64,000 nucleotides of DNA from Bacteroidota bacterium (GTDB lineage: Bacteria; Bacteroidota; Bacteroidia; Bacteroidales; Dysgonomonadaceae), in NCBI GenBank assembly GCA_041846575.1, contig JBGZFC010000100.1:16925-80924 (forward strand), in the 5' to 3' direction. The translations under genes and the position numbers were made by a program. Below are positions 28,110 to 39,091 of this stretch, piece by piece (the stretch's first letter is position 1; every line of letters begins with the position of its first letter). The notes under the pieces are model-generated. The model was given only the letters and a program-made list of their open reading frames with translations, was not told the DNA's origin and did not search any database.

Positions 28110-28898
28110 CTATTCTATCCAAAACTCTCCGATAGAGTATGTTTTTGCTTGTCCGCTGATAATAACTCTGTCGCTTCTGTTTTCACAATAGAGTTTACCC
28201 AATCTATCTGAAACCTGTTGCGCATAAAGTTTGTTTTTACCGAGTCTTTTTGCCCAAAACGGAATCAGAGAGCAGTGTGCCGAGCCTGTTACCGGGTCTT
28301 CTAAAATGGATGCCTGTGGTGTGAAGAATCGTGAAACGAAATCGCAGTTATCTCCAATTGCCGTTACAATAACTCCCCCGGGGTCGAGATTTATTTGGTC
28401 GAACAGCTGTCTATTTATTTTGATGTTTCTGATTTCTGTTTCGTTTTTATACACTAAAAAATAGTCTCTCGATTTTAAAACCTCTTTCGGCTGAATATTT
28501 AACGATTTTGAAATTATCGGTGGCAGAAAGTCAGCAACGGGCATTCTCGAAGGAAAATCCATTTTATAGAGTCTGTTTTCAACTTTTACAATCAAGTCAC
28601 CACTTAATGTTTCAAATATTATTTCATCTTTTTTGCAGTGAAGAATCGTCGTTAAAGCGTGAGCGGTTGCAAGAGTCGCGTGTCCGCACAAATCCATCTC
28701 TATTTGAGGAGTAAACCAACGTAGGTGTATTTTGTCTCCCTTGTCAACAAAAAAAGCTGTTTCCGCAACGCCGTTTTCTTTTGCTATTTTCAACAAAAAT
28801 TCGTCCGGCAACCAGTTGTTGAGGGGTACAACACAAGCGGAATTTCCTCCGAAAACTGTGTCGGTAAAGGCGTCTATTTGATATATTTGAAAATTCAA
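28110..28898 (-). CDS. PhzF family isomerase-like protein
   Basis: MNFQIYQIDAFTDTVFGGNSACVV..., ETAF and GHATLA motifs. Confidence 0.85.
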   Translation of the reverse strand: MNFQIYQIDAFTDTVFGGNSACVVPLNNWLPDEFLLKIAKENGVAETAFFVDKGDKIHLRWFTPQIEMDLCGHATLATAHALTTILHCKKDEIIFETLSGDLIVKVENRLYKMDFPSRMPVADFLPPIISKSLNIQPKEVLKSRDYFLVYKNETEIRNIKINRQLFDQINLDPGGVIVTAIGDNCDFVSRFFTPQASILEDPVTGSAHCSLIPFWAKRLGKNKLYAQQVSDRLGKLYCENRSDRVIISGQAKTYSIGEFWIE

Positions 28899-28998
28899 AG
28901 TGTATGATGTTTAGTAATTAATGACAGCACGCTAGCACGGTAATTGTATCGGAATTTTTTTAATAGTTCAATTACAAATTTAAAACTATAAAGTATAA

Positions 28999-29685
28999 TT
29001 ATATAACCAACTCCATCTCGAACATATCAATAAAAGACTGTTTCATTCTTTCGGAGACTTCCTTAAAATCTACTTCGCGTCCTAACTCTTTTTGGATTGA
29101 TGTAACACCGCGATCGGTAAATCCGCATGGATTGATATAATTGAAATAATTTAAATCGGTATTTACATTGAGAGCCAAGCCGTGCATGGTTATAAAACGA
29201 CTTGCACGAACACCTATTGCACATATTTTTCGGGCTTTTGTGGGATGTTTCGCATCTATCCAAACACCCATTGCTTTATGGTCTTTTTCGGTGGTAATGC
29301 CGTAAAATTGCAGAGTCTTAATAACCACATCTTCAAGTTGATTTATATAATTTTTTATTCCCAAACCAAAATCTTCCAAATCGATAATGGGATATACAAC
29401 CAATTGACCGGGTCCGTGATATGTGATATCTCCTCCTCTGTCAATGGGGAAGAAATCGATATTTTTGCTTTTACATACGCTTTCCGTAATAAGCAAATTG
29501 TGTCTGTCCCCACGCTTTCCTAACGTGTACACAGGTTCGTGTTCACAAAACAACAGATACTGCTGTTTGGGTGTCGTATGGTTAATTTTTGCATTCAGAA
29601 CCGATTGAAACAGTTCTTCTTGCAAATCCCACGCTTTTTTGTAACGGATACGTCCAAGATTCTGAAAAGCAACCTTTTTATTCAT
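28999..29685 (-). CDS. lipB: Lipoyl(octanoyl) transferase
   Basis: EHEPVYTLGKRG, RGGDITYHGPGQLVVYPI and KICAIGVR motifs. Confidence 0.9.
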   Translation of the reverse strand: MNKKVAFQNLGRIRYKKAWDLQEELFQSVLNAKINHTTPKQQYLLFCEHEPVYTLGKRGDRHNLLITESVCKSKNIDFFPIDRGGDITYHGPGQLVVYPIIDLEDFGLGIKNYINQLEDVVIKTLQFYGITTEKDHKAMGVWIDAKHPTKARKICAIGVRASRFITMHGLALNVNTDLNYFNYINPCGFTDRGVTSIQKELGREVDFKEVSERMKQSFIDMFEMELVI

Positions 29686-29722
29686 ATTTACTTCAACTTT
29701 ATACTTTTAGTTTTCAAATCCC

Positions 29723-30568
29723 TTAAACGTGCTTCTCAGCTCTGTAAGAAGAACGTACTAATGGTCCGCTTTCTACAAAATCGAAGCCTTTTTTCAATCC
29801 CTCTTCTCTGTATTTATCGAATTGTTCGGGAGTTACATATTCGGAGATAGGCCAATTGTTTTTAGTGGGTTGCAGATACTGTCCGATTGTAAATACTTTA
29901 CAGCCAACAGATAACAAATCGTCCATTGTTTGAAGAACCTCTTCTTCGGTTTCTCCCAATCCAACCATAATACCCGATTTGGCTTTAACCGTTTTACTTT
30001 GGGCGATAATTTCTATGGTTTTTAAACTCACATCGTATTTTGCACGACTGCGAATTTGAGGAGTCAGTCGCCTTACTGTTTCCATATTGTGCGAAATAAT
30101 TTCGGGCTGTGCATCAATCACTTTGTGGATGAAGTCTGGATTAGCGTCGAAATCGGGAATTAGAGTCTCTATTGTAATATTTGGTGATTTTTCTTTGATA
30201 GCTCGTACCGTTTTTGCCCAAAATTCGGCGCCGCCATCTTCCAAATCGTCTCTGTCCACACTTGTTATCACACAGTGTTTTAAATTCATACTTGCAATAG
30301 TTTCCGCCAGTCTTTCGGGTTCATCCCAATCTACCGGCAATGGCTTTCCGGTTTGAGTGGCGCAAAATTTACACGAACGTGTGCAAATATCGCCTAAAAT
30401 CATGAATGTGGCTGTGCCACGCCCCCAGCATTCTGATAAATTAGGACATTTACCGCTTACGCATATTGTATGCAATTTTTTTCTTTCTACCAGTTCTTTT
30501 ATATCGAGGTACTGTTTTCCCTTGGGGAGAGCAATTTTCAACCACTCAGGTTTTCTTTTTGTACTCAT
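29723..30568 (-). CDS. lipA: Lipoyl synthase
   Basis: CPNLSECW auxiliary-cluster motif plus CTRSCKFC radical SAM motif. Lies upstream of lipB. Confidence 0.95.
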   Translation of the reverse strand: MSTKRKPEWLKIALPKGKQYLDIKELVERKKLHTICVSGKCPNLSECWGRGTATFMILGDICTRSCKFCATQTGKPLPVDWDEPERLAETIASMNLKHCVITSVDRDDLEDGGAEFWAKTVRAIKEKSPNITIETLIPDFDANPDFIHKVIDAQPEIISHNMETVRRLTPQIRSRAKYDVSLKTIEIIAQSKTVKAKSGIMVGLGETEEEVLQTMDDLLSVGCKVFTIGQYLQPTKNNWPISEYVTPEQFDKYREEGLKKGFDFVESGPLVRSSYRAEKHV

Positions 30569-30729
30569 AATCCGTATTTCACAAAGTTTTTATTAAAATG
30601 AAATTACAAATTTACGTATTTTCTTTAAAAGAGCCTAATAGTGTATTTAGCAAAAGACAGAAAATAGACAGTCGTAGATTCTTCGGACGAATAATAGATG
30701 TTTCTCTGCGTTCAGCACGACAAAAAATA

Positions 30730-31665
30730 TCAGAACTTCTTCCTGTCGATTCCTATATCATTCATCGATGCAGGGTCTTCAATAGGTTCAAGATGCGTGG
30801 AAACGGTGGTTGGCTCGTCAAACATGTTTTCTATATATTCTTCTATTACGTCTGCATAATCGTGTCCCTCCTTTACCGTCCATTTTCCGGGTACCAACAG
30901 GTGTAGAGATACAAATTTTCTACTTCCGGCTTCGCGTGTCATAAGAGAGTGGTAAGTAATCTGTTTCTCTTTGAGCGAATCCAAATAATCTGTTATTTTT
31001 TGCAACTCTTTATCCGGAATCGCCGCATCCATCAACCCGCTTGCCGAGCGACCGATAAGTTTATATCCTGTGTAAAGAATGTTCAGAGCCACCAAAATAG
31101 CGATAATCGGGTCGAGAATCATCCATCCGGTTAGTTTTACGAGCAAAATACCCAGTATCACACTGGCTGAAGTCCAAACATCAGTCATAAGATGTTTTCC
31201 GTCGGATTCCAAAACAAGCGATTTATGCTTTTTACCGTTCTTAATCAAAATTAATCCGGTAGTCAGATTCAATGCCGATGCCGATAATGAGAAAATCAAT
31301 CCCATACCCACATGTTCTAACTCGGTAGGATGAATAATTCGGGGAATGGCGGAATAGATAATACTTAATGCTGCCACGATGATTAATGCTCCTTCAATTG
31401 CACTCGAAAAATATTCGGCTTTACTGTGCCCGAATCCGTGTTTGCGGTCGGCCGGTTGTTGCGACAGATTGAGCATTATAAGTGCAAAAATTGCAGCGAA
31501 CAGATTTACAAACGATTCCAAAGCATCAGATAATAATCCCACCGAATTGGTTACACAATATGCGTAAAATTTCAATAGAATTGTTACCACCGCCGTGGCG
31601 ATGGAGAGATATATGAATTTTTTTAGGTGGATAGGTTTCATTTGTTGATTTTTTGTTTTCGACAT
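30730..31665 (-). CDS. Cation diffusion facilitator family transporter
   Basis: 6 TM. LLSDALESFVN and HLMTDVW (HxxxD) motifs plus a C-terminal cytoplasmic domain. Confidence 0.9.
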   Translation of the reverse strand: MSKTKNQQMKPIHLKKFIYLSIATAVVTILLKFYAYCVTNSVGLLSDALESFVNLFAAIFALIMLNLSQQPADRKHGFGHSKAEYFSSAIEGALIIVAALSIIYSAIPRIIHPTELEHVGMGLIFSLSASALNLTTGLILIKNGKKHKSLVLESDGKHLMTDVWTSASVILGILLVKLTGWMILDPIIAILVALNILYTGYKLIGRSASGLMDAAIPDKELQKITDYLDSLKEKQITYHSLMTREAGSRKFVSLHLLVPGKWTVKEGHDYADVIEEYIENMFDEPTTVSTHLEPIEDPASMNDIGIDRKKF

Positions 31666-31714
31666 TCACGCTCAGTAAAAGCGAGTAAATGGTGCTAACA
31701 TATAGTTTGCAAAA

Positions 31715-31722
31715 CAAAAATA
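31715..31722 (-). promoter_or_regulatory. -7 box TATTTTTG (minus strand) for the CDF transporter gene
   Basis: TAnnTTTG match 50 nt upstream of the ATG at 31665, inside an 18-mer shared with the vanW upstream region. Confidence 0.4.
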
Positions 31723-31958
31723 CAACATTTTAGGTATAAAACATAACAATTATTTTTATTTTTGTTCGTATAGACGAGGTATGATTTATCTTGCAGTAAA
31801 TCAATATGTTAGTGTTTGGGTGTGTCAATAGATAACAACCTTGTTTTGTCTTCATGAACGAAGCTTCGGCGAAGTGAAAGAGCTATATATTTTAGAGTTA
31901 ATACACAAACATCAAAACTTTTTTTAGTTCAAAGATAAAGTTTACACCTTCGTTTTTT

Positions 31959-32777
31959 TTATTTCTCAAGCAGGGGATTATACATCATTATCGCGTTATT
32001 TTCTGTAACAAGCTCCTTGCTTGTAGTATTGTCAGTAAGATTAGTTACTTTTTTCCATATTTTATTGTGTCTTGTGTAGCCGCCCCACCATTGCTGTTTG
32101 AACCTGTGGTCTGTTTCGTAAACTTCGTATTTTGTTTTTAGGTCTGTGTTACAAGTAATTTCTCCATTCAAATATTCGTTGTCAAGCCACAAATTAATTT
32201 GAAAATATTTGTCTGTATTATTTTTTAATTGCAGGTCAATATAGTTGTAAGATAAAGTTGCCCCACAACCGAAAGGAATAGTTCTGTTAATGTCGGGAAA
32301 AACATCATAGCTGTGGCGCCAGCGTTCTTTAATTGTCAAAGGTGTATGAAGAGCCATCCAATACAGTAAGTTTCCCAATTGGCAAAGTCCGCCGCCTGTG
32401 TCTTTAGATATTTTTCCGTTATGTAGCGTCATACCGTCAAGATAACCTTTTGATTTGGTCGGTCTGCCAACAAGTCGCCAAATTGAAAATGTCTGTCCCG
32501 GTTTGATAACCGCTTTGTCAAGATGACTAATTGCAATTCTAAGATTTGTTACTTTATTATGCTGTAAGTACATCTCAACATCTTTCAGAGGTCGTAACAG
32601 AAAAGATTTGTGTTTGATGAGCGAATTGTCATATTTGATTTTAGTGTCAACCTTTGCAAAATTATCATCACCAAACAACCATCTGATTTTTCGCCTAATA
32701 ATAAAAAACTCTTTGCCTAAAAATCTTCTCAGTTTACTTCTGTTTTGAGGTTTTTCTACATTCTGTTGGTCTGTCAT
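31959..32777 (-). CDS. VanW family protein
   Basis: GGGLCQLGNLLYW and ATLSYNYIDLQLKN motifs. Confidence 0.8.
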   Translation of the reverse strand: MTDQQNVEKPQNRSKLRRFLGKEFFIIRRKIRWLFGDDNFAKVDTKIKYDNSLIKHKSFLLRPLKDVEMYLQHNKVTNLRIAISHLDKAVIKPGQTFSIWRLVGRPTKSKGYLDGMTLHNGKISKDTGGGLCQLGNLLYWMALHTPLTIKERWRHSYDVFPDINRTIPFGCGATLSYNYIDLQLKNNTDKYFQINLWLDNEYLNGEITCNTDLKTKYEVYETDHRFKQQWWGGYTRHNKIWKKVTNLTDNTTSKELVTENNAIMMYNPLLEK

Positions 32778-32807
32778 GAAATTATAGATATTATCTTATT
32801 CTAACAA

Positions 32808-32815
32808 CAAAAGTA
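32808..32815 (-). promoter_or_regulatory. -7 box TACTTTTG (minus strand) for the VanW-family gene
   Basis: TAnnTTTG match about 31 nt upstream of the ATG at 32777. Confidence 0.4.
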
Positions 32816-33069
32816 CAACATTTAAAAAAATATAATACACAACATCTGTTTTTTTATCCGGAGAGTTCTCTTTTATAATCGTATGTAAATGAGTATAGAC
32901 GAGGTATGTGGCACCTATACGACAGTCAAAAAAGAAATTCTGTTGTTAAATATTACAAATAAGATATTTTCCTTTACTAAATAATAGTAATGAAAAACTG
33001 CCTTATGATTTTTTTTTCGTAAAATAAATTACCTTTGGAGTTTCTAACACGATTATTATTTTGTTTTTT

Positions 33070-35517
33070 ATGAAAAAGTTTTCAATATTACTATTTTTCT
33101 GTTTTATTGTATTAGTTACATTAGCACAAACAACAATTAAAGGTAAGGTTATCGATATAACTGACAAAAACCCTTTACCATACGCTACAATCACTGTTTT
33201 GAACGAATCGGATATGAAAAAACCGATAAAAAAGTTTGCAAGTGATGAAAACGGTAAATTTTCGACTTCTCTGCAAAGCGGAAAATATGTTTTTAAGTTT
33301 CACTTTGTAGGTATGAACGAAAACAGTCAAAGTGTAACGGTAGAAACCAATCAAGAACAGATAGATTTGGGCGAGATAGTAATGAGTGAAAGTTCAACAC
33401 AATTGTCTGAAATTAGTGTTGTAGCCCAGCGTCCTCTTGTGAAAGTAGAGATTGACAAACTAACATATAGTGCCAAAGAAGACCCCGAATCATCAACTTC
33501 AAATGTGTTGGATTTGCTCAGAAAAGTGCCGTTGGTTACAGTTGACGGAGATGATAATATCCAACTGAAAGGTTCGTCCAGTTTTAAAATTTATCTGAAC
33601 GGTAAGCCTTCAAATATGATTTCGAGCAATCCTTCTCAGGTATTAAAGAGTATGCCGGCTAGCAGTATAAAAGACGTAGAGGTAATAACCGACCCTGGAG
33701 CAAAGTATGATGCCGAAGGAGTAGGGGGAATTATCAATATTATTACAGATAAACGTGTTGATGAGGGATATTCCGGCTCTATAGGAGCAAACGGAGATAC
33801 TTTTGGCGGATTTGGCAGCAATGCTTATCTATCTTTGAAATATGGTAAGTTCGGTTTTACCGGTAACGGAAGTTATTTTTATCACAATAGTCCGGCTTCA
33901 AAAACAGCCTTTACAAGAGAGGATTTTGCACCCAATACAAACATGTTAACTCAAAATGGAACACAAACCAGCAACGGAGGCGGATTGTTTTATAACGCTT
34001 CGTTAAGTTATGAGCCTGACACACTTAATCTTTTCAATATTTCCGTTAATCAATTTGGCGGTAAATTTCGTTCAATTTTAGAACGAAATGTTGTTTCTGC
34101 CGGAGCAAGAAATTACTCCTATTTGCTTAGCAATAATTCGTTAAATGAGTATGGTTCTTTCAGCTTGGAAACTGATTATCAGCGTACATTTAACAAAAAA
34201 GGGGAGTTATTGACTGTCTCTTATCGATTTGAAAACGACCCGAATAGCAGCGATTCGGAAAGTGAATACAGTGATGTAACCGGGACAGATTTTTACTATC
34301 CCAGCGATTATCGTTTGAAAAGTATTAATGATGCCGGAGGAATTGAGCATACCGGACAGGTAGATTATACTAACCCAATAAACTCTAAACACAGCATTGA
34401 AGCCGGCTTAAAATATATTTTTCGTAACAATTCGAGTGTCGGAAATCATACGTTTTTTGATGGACAATGGCATGATGACCCAAGTAGAAAAAACGATCTT
34501 GATCATGAGCAAAGTATTATTTCGGGATATGCCGGATATGGATTTAAGAAAGGTAAATTTGGTTTGAAGTTGGGTGCTCGAGGCGAAAATACCAACCAGA
34601 AAATACATTTTATGAGTGCACAAAACGATACAGTTGTAAATTCCGATTTTTTCGATTTGGTGCCGTCCGTAGCCTTGTCTTATCAATTGGGAATGACACA
34701 AACGCTTCGCGGAGGTTACAATTTACGCATTTCAAGACCCGGTATTTGGTTTCTTAATCCATATATCAATGAGTCCGACCCTACCAATATCAGTTACGGA
34801 AATCCGAGTCTGGAGGCTGTGCAAACTCACAACTTCAATATTAATTACGGTTCGTTTTCGCAAAAACTTAATTTCAATGCCACTTTCAACTACTCGTTTA
34901 CTAAAAATGATATATCTCAGTACATTTTTGTAAAAGAAGGTGTTACGCATAATACTTATGAGAATATTGGCAAAAACAGCATGATAGGATTGAGCGGATA
35001 CATTGGTTGGACGCCTACACCTACGTTGCGGACAAATTTGAACGGTTCTATAAATTATACTATGATTGAGAGTACTAAAAATGCAGACCTAAAAAACAGC
35101 GGATTTTCGGGACGTGCATTCGGTAGCGTTACTTATACATTGCCAATGGATTTAAGATTGAGTGTTAACGGCGGTGTTTTTTCATCAGGCGTACAGTTAC
35201 AAACAACTCGATCGGCTTTCTATTTCTACTCGTTTAGTACAATGAAAAGCTTTTTCAATAAGAAATTGGATGTATCGATTAGTGCAACTTCGCCATTCAA
35301 TAAATTTCGCGATTTTAGCTCAACCACAACGGGCGATGGATTTATACAGAAAAATATTTTCCGGAGAGAAGTGCGAAATTTCCGTTTGAGTGTAACGTAT
35401 CGTTTTGGTGATTTGAAAACATCGATGAAACGTGTACAACGCAGTATTACCAACGATGACGTGATGCAAGGAGAAAGCGGTCAGCAGCAATCTACCGGTG
35501 GTGATATGGGCAACTAA
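33070..35517 (+). CDS. Outer membrane beta-barrel family protein (carboxypeptidase-regulatory-like N-domain plus TonB-dependent-receptor-like barrel)
   Basis: Signal peptide MKKFSILLFFCFIVLVTLAQ, then TIKGKVID.... Plug-like LRKVPLVTVDGDDNIQLKG. C-terminal beta-strand pattern ending ...RLSVTYRFGD. Confidence 0.85.
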   Translation: MKKFSILLFFCFIVLVTLAQTTIKGKVIDITDKNPLPYATITVLNESDMKKPIKKFASDENGKFSTSLQSGKYVFKFHFVGMNENSQSVTVETNQEQIDLGEIVMSESSTQLSEISVVAQRPLVKVEIDKLTYSAKEDPESSTSNVLDLLRKVPLVTVDGDDNIQLKGSSSFKIYLNGKPSNMISSNPSQVLKSMPASSIKDVEVITDPGAKYDAEGVGGIINIITDKRVDEGYSGSIGANGDTFGGFGSNAYLSLKYGKFGFTGNGSYFYHNSPASKTAFTREDFAPNTNMLTQNGTQTSNGGGLFYNASLSYEPDTLNLFNISVNQFGGKFRSILERNVVSAGARNYSYLLSNNSLNEYGSFSLETDYQRTFNKKGELLTVSYRFENDPNSSDSESEYSDVTGTDFYYPSDYRLKSINDAGGIEHTGQVDYTNPINSKHSIEAGLKYIFRNNSSVGNHTFFDGQWHDDPSRKNDLDHEQSIISGYAGYGFKKGKFGLKLGARGENTNQKIHFMSAQNDTVVNSDFFDLVPSVALSYQLGMTQTLRGGYNLRISRPGIWFLNPYINESDPTNISYGNPSLEAVQTHNFNINYGSFSQKLNFNATFNYSFTKNDISQYIFVKEGVTHNTYENIGKNSMIGLSGYIGWTPTPTLRTNLNGSINYTMIESTKNADLKNSGFSGRAFGSVTYTLPMDLRLSVNGGVFSSGVQLQTTRSAFYFYSFSTMKSFFNKKLDVSISATSPFNKFRDFSSTTTGDGFIQKNIFRREVRNFRLSVTYRFGDLKTSMKRVQRSITNDDVMQGESGQQQSTGGDMGN

Positions 35518-35544
35518 AACTCATTAAAAAAAAGAGATAGCAGG

Positions 35545-36219
35545 ATGCGAATAGACATTATTACCGTTTTGCCCGAAATGATAGCAGGAGCATTTAATTG
35601 TTCCATCTTAAAGCGTGCGCAGGAGAAGGGTTTGGTTGAGTTCGGTCTGCACAATTTGCGAGATTATACACTTGATAAGCACAAGCGTGTAGATGACTAT
35701 CCGTATGGTGGCGAAGCGGGAATGGTGTTGCAAATTGAGCCTATTGCAAGATGTTTGGACTATCTGAAATCATGTCGAACGTATAACGAAGTTATTTTTA
35801 CCACACCTGACGGCGAACAGTTTACGCAAAACACTGCAAATGAACTATCTTTGATGCAAAATATAGTTATTTTATGCGGTCATTACAAAGGAGTGGATTA
35901 TCGTGTGCGTGAGCATCTGATTACGAGAGAAATTTCTATCGGTGATTTTGTCCTTACGGGCGGGGAACTTGCAGCAGCTATGATTGCCGACGCTGTGGTA
36001 CGTGTAATTCCCGGCGTAATAGGCGATGAGCAATCGGCTCTATCAGACTCATTTCAAGACGGGTTACTTGCGCCACCGGTATATACCCGTCCTGCCGAAT
36101 ATAATGGATGGCGTGTTCCAGATGTCTTGCTTTCGGGGCACGAACGCAATATTGCCGAGTGGAGATTGCAGCAATCTGTGAATAGAACAAAACTGCTTAG
36201 ACCCGATTTGTTGAAGTGA
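35545..36219 (+). CDS. trmD: tRNA (guanine37-N1)-methyltransferase
   Basis: [12 protein letters not shown]..., [12 protein letters not shown] and [14 protein letters not shown] motifs. Confidence 0.95.
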   Translation: MRIDIITVLPEMIAGAFNCSILKRAQEKGLVEFGLHNLRDYTLDKHKRVDDYPYGGEAGMVLQIEPIARCLDYLKSCRTYNEVIFTTPDGEQFTQNTANELSLMQNIVILCGHYKGVDYRVREHLITREISIGDFVLTGGELAAAMIADAVVRVIPGVIGDEQSALSDSFQDGLLAPPVYTRPAEYNGWRVPDVLLSGHERNIAEWRLQQSVNRTKLLRPDLLK

Positions 36220-36578
36220 AAAAAGACAATAGACACAAGAGCCGAGACACAAGACGGAGTTATTTGCGATTATGGATTTATCCTGTTTATGTTTTACGCA
36301 AAAGATGCAAAAATTAAGAGTAAAGTTCGCTAAGTTTTCCTTTTTCCAGGTCACTCACTCGTAGCACGAAATCCGGCACACGTAGCTCGTAACCCGAAAC
36401 TCGCATCTACTTACAACCTAAAATTACCGGTCGATACTGTTTTTGAATTTCGTTAAAAAAAATAATGAACACTACTTTTATTGTGCAAATTATCATCATT
36501 ATCTGAAAAAAATGTCTATACAGTGTTATAAGTTCAGAAAAAAGTTGTACATTGAGCGAAATTTGAAAAAAATATTCG

Positions 36579-36965
36579 ATGCCAAAGGAAAAATTTCATA
36601 TAGAATTTGTTATGGGGAGAGCTTCACACAGCAGTTTATGGAGAATGATAAGCCAAGTAGATGGTCTGTCAGAGTGGTTTGCCGATGAAGTAACCAGCAA
36701 CGATGACGAAACAATTTATACATTTACTTGGAGCAAGTCTGCATCCGATGCGGAAGTTGTATCTGTTAAACCACAAACAAGCATTCGTTTCAGATGGTGC
36801 GATGATGAAGACAATGTGTATTTCGAATTCCAGTTACACGAGTTGGAACTTTCGAGAGAAATAGCTTTGCAAATAACCGATTTTGCCGAACCAGATGAAA
36901 AAGGCGATGCTATTGCTCTGTGGGAGAATCAAATTGATGAAATGAAACGCAGATTGGGAGTTTAA
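36579..36965 (+). CDS. START-like/SRPBCC-like small protein
   Basis: 128 aa with LWRMISQVDGLSEWFADEV. The family call is from memory. Confidence 0.6.
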   Translation: MPKEKFHIEFVMGRASHSSLWRMISQVDGLSEWFADEVTSNDDETIYTFTWSKSASDAEVVSVKPQTSIRFRWCDDEDNVYFEFQLHELELSREIALQITDFAEPDEKGDAIALWENQIDEMKRRLGV

Positions 36966-36980
36966 ACTCTCGTTTATTTA

Positions 36981-38204
36981 TTACCGATATTTTACCATAA
37001 ACTGTATATGATTGCCAAATATTTGATTTGCCATAGTATGTATATCTTCTGATTTTATCGAATCAATCTTTTTAAATATCTCTTCAAGAGGAGAGTAGCT
37101 GTTGAAATGCAAATAATTCTTTGCCATTCGCAAGGCTACGTTTTCGTTGCTTTCGGATGCAATTCCCAAATGTCCTTTATATTGTCTTTTTGCTGTAGCC
37201 AATTGTGCTTGTGTGAGTGGCGTTTCGCAAAGTTTGTCAAACTCTTTATTAATCAGTTTTATACATTTGCCGGTGTCTTTCTTATCGCAGGCTAAATAGA
37301 CCGAAAAAAGTCCGGTGTCGGTGTAAGATGTCAGAACTGATTCTATATTGTAAACAAGACCGTTTTTTTCACGTAACGAATTATTCAATCTGCTGTTCAC
37401 CGTGCCGCCGCCAACGATATGATTGAGCAGATATAGTGCGTATCTGTCTTCGTGAAACATGTTGAGAGCCGGCATTCCTATAATCATGTGTGTTTGAGCA
37501 GTATTTTTATCGACAGAGTATTCACGAGGTTTATCGAAAACAGGTTTGATGCGTTTTGTTAAGTCCTTATTTTCGGCATCTTTGTGTTCGAAATATTTTT
37601 CTGCCAGATATACTATCTTTTTGAAATGAGTTTTGCCCAATGAAAAAAGCACCATATTTTCGGGACGATACTGTCTTTTTACGAAATTTTTTATCATCTC
37701 TTCGTCGAGTGTCTGCAAAGATTCGGGGGTGCCCAGAATATAGTGTCCCAATTGGTGTTTGTGGAAAGCGATATTTTCAAAATCGTCGTAAATAAGTTCA
37801 GCCGGAGAGTCGTTGTAGCTGTTTATCTCGTCTAATATAACTTCCCTCTCTTTGCTTATCTGGTTTTCGAGAAATGTTGAATTAAAAATTATATCGTTCA
37901 GTAACTCTATCGCTCGTTCGAGATATTCCGATAGAAAAGTTGTATAAATAAAAGTCTCTTCTTTAGTCGTGAAAGCGTTGAGTTCGCCTCCCACATTTTC
38001 CATTCGATTAGTAATTTGGTGTGCTTTTCGTCTTTTTGTTCCTTTAAAAAGAAGATGTTCCACGAAATGTGCCATGCCTTGTTCTTTCTCATTTTCATCA
38101 CGAGTACCTGTATTTACAGCTACGCCACAATAGGAGATTTTGGATGGAGTTTCTCTGTGAATAATACGTAATCCGTTTGGTAATATGTGGGTGTGAAGAG
38201 TCAT
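36981..38204 (-). CDS. M16 family (pitrilysin-like) peptidase
   Basis: GMAHFVEHLLFKGT, the inverted zinc motif HxxEH. Confidence 0.9.
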   Translation of the reverse strand: MTLHTHILPNGLRIIHRETPSKISYCGVAVNTGTRDENEKEQGMAHFVEHLLFKGTKRRKAHQITNRMENVGGELNAFTTKEETFIYTTFLSEYLERAIELLNDIIFNSTFLENQISKEREVILDEINSYNDSPAELIYDDFENIAFHKHQLGHYILGTPESLQTLDEEMIKNFVKRQYRPENMVLFSLGKTHFKKIVYLAEKYFEHKDAENKDLTKRIKPVFDKPREYSVDKNTAQTHMIIGMPALNMFHEDRYALYLLNHIVGGGTVNSRLNNSLREKNGLVYNIESVLTSYTDTGLFSVYLACDKKDTGKCIKLINKEFDKLCETPLTQAQLATAKRQYKGHLGIASESNENVALRMAKNYLHFNSYSPLEEIFKKIDSIKSEDIHTMANQIFGNHIQFMVKYR

Positions 38205-38392
38205 ATTATTTTATAGTGTCGTTTAATATCAAAGTTGCAAAATAGGGTTTGTCATTTTGAAAGAAGTGAAAAATCTGCTTCTTTTGTCGGAAAACCGATG
38301 TCGGGATGTATGTTGTTGTGGACAGACCGCTCAATAAATCGTAAATTAAATTGTCTTTTGTATTGATTATTACGTCTTGTGTCAAGATAAAA

Positions 38393-39091
38393 TTATCGCT
38401 TCATATAATATTCTCGTTGTTCGGATGCCAGTTTTTCTATTGAGTATCGCAACATAGTGCGAGGCATTGTTTTATGGTGTATTTCGAGAAAATCGGTCAA
38501 AGTTTTTTCATCTCTTTTACCAACTTCACGCAACATCCACCCGGTAGCTTTGTGCATTAAATCGTGTTTGTGAGAGAGAAACAACTTAGCCAATTTTATA
38601 GTATCGACAAAGTCGTTGTTTTGTATAAATGCTTTTGTGGCAATAACTGCAATTCTCTGTTCCCACATATTTTCGCTTTTTGCCAAATCGTATAGAATGT
38701 TACGCTCTTTATCTGTAAGCCATTCGCCCAGAATCTTGTATGCCGACAAATCAACCAAATCCCAATTGTTGATACCAGCTGTATGTTCCAGATAGAAGTC
38801 TACTATATCTTTTCGTTTCGCATCTTTAGCTTTTCTGAACTGTTCGGTCAGAATAATTAATGCCGTGAGTCTGCATTCGTGAATTTTGTCGGTGATAAGT
38901 TTCTCTAATTCGGGAAAAGATAGGTCTTTATTTTCCGATGCCACTTTACGTACCTCTGGATTGGTGCAACCTACAAAAATATCGCCTTCGCCATATTCTC
39001 CTTTTCCTGTTTTAAAAAAATATTTCGCATGCTCCGCTTTTTGCGGATTTCCCATAGCTATAAGTTGTTTTTTTATGTTTGATGCACTCAT
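38393..39091 (-). CDS. DNA alkylation repair (AlkD-like HEAT-repeat) protein
   Basis: 232 aa, helical repeats, NNWDLVDLSA motif. Confidence 0.8.
   Translation of the reverse strand: MSASNIKKQLIAMGNPQKAEHAKYFFKTGKGEYGEGDIFVGCTNPEVRKVASENKDLSFPELEKLITDKIHECRLTALIILTEQFRKAKDAKRKDIVDFYLEHTAGINNWDLVDLSAYKILGEWLTDKERNILYDLAKSENMWEQRIAVIATKAFIQNNDFVDTIKLAKLFLSHKHDLMHKATGWMLREVGKRDEKTLTDFLEIHHKTMPRTMLRYSIEKLASEQREYYMKR

Noticed and set aside
36443-36688. 81-aa ORF overlapping the start of the START-like gene.
   Set aside because: It is in a different frame from the conserved START-like ORF (36579-36965) and begins in repeat-rich intergenic DNA. The translation is Lys/Tyr-rich and low-complexity.
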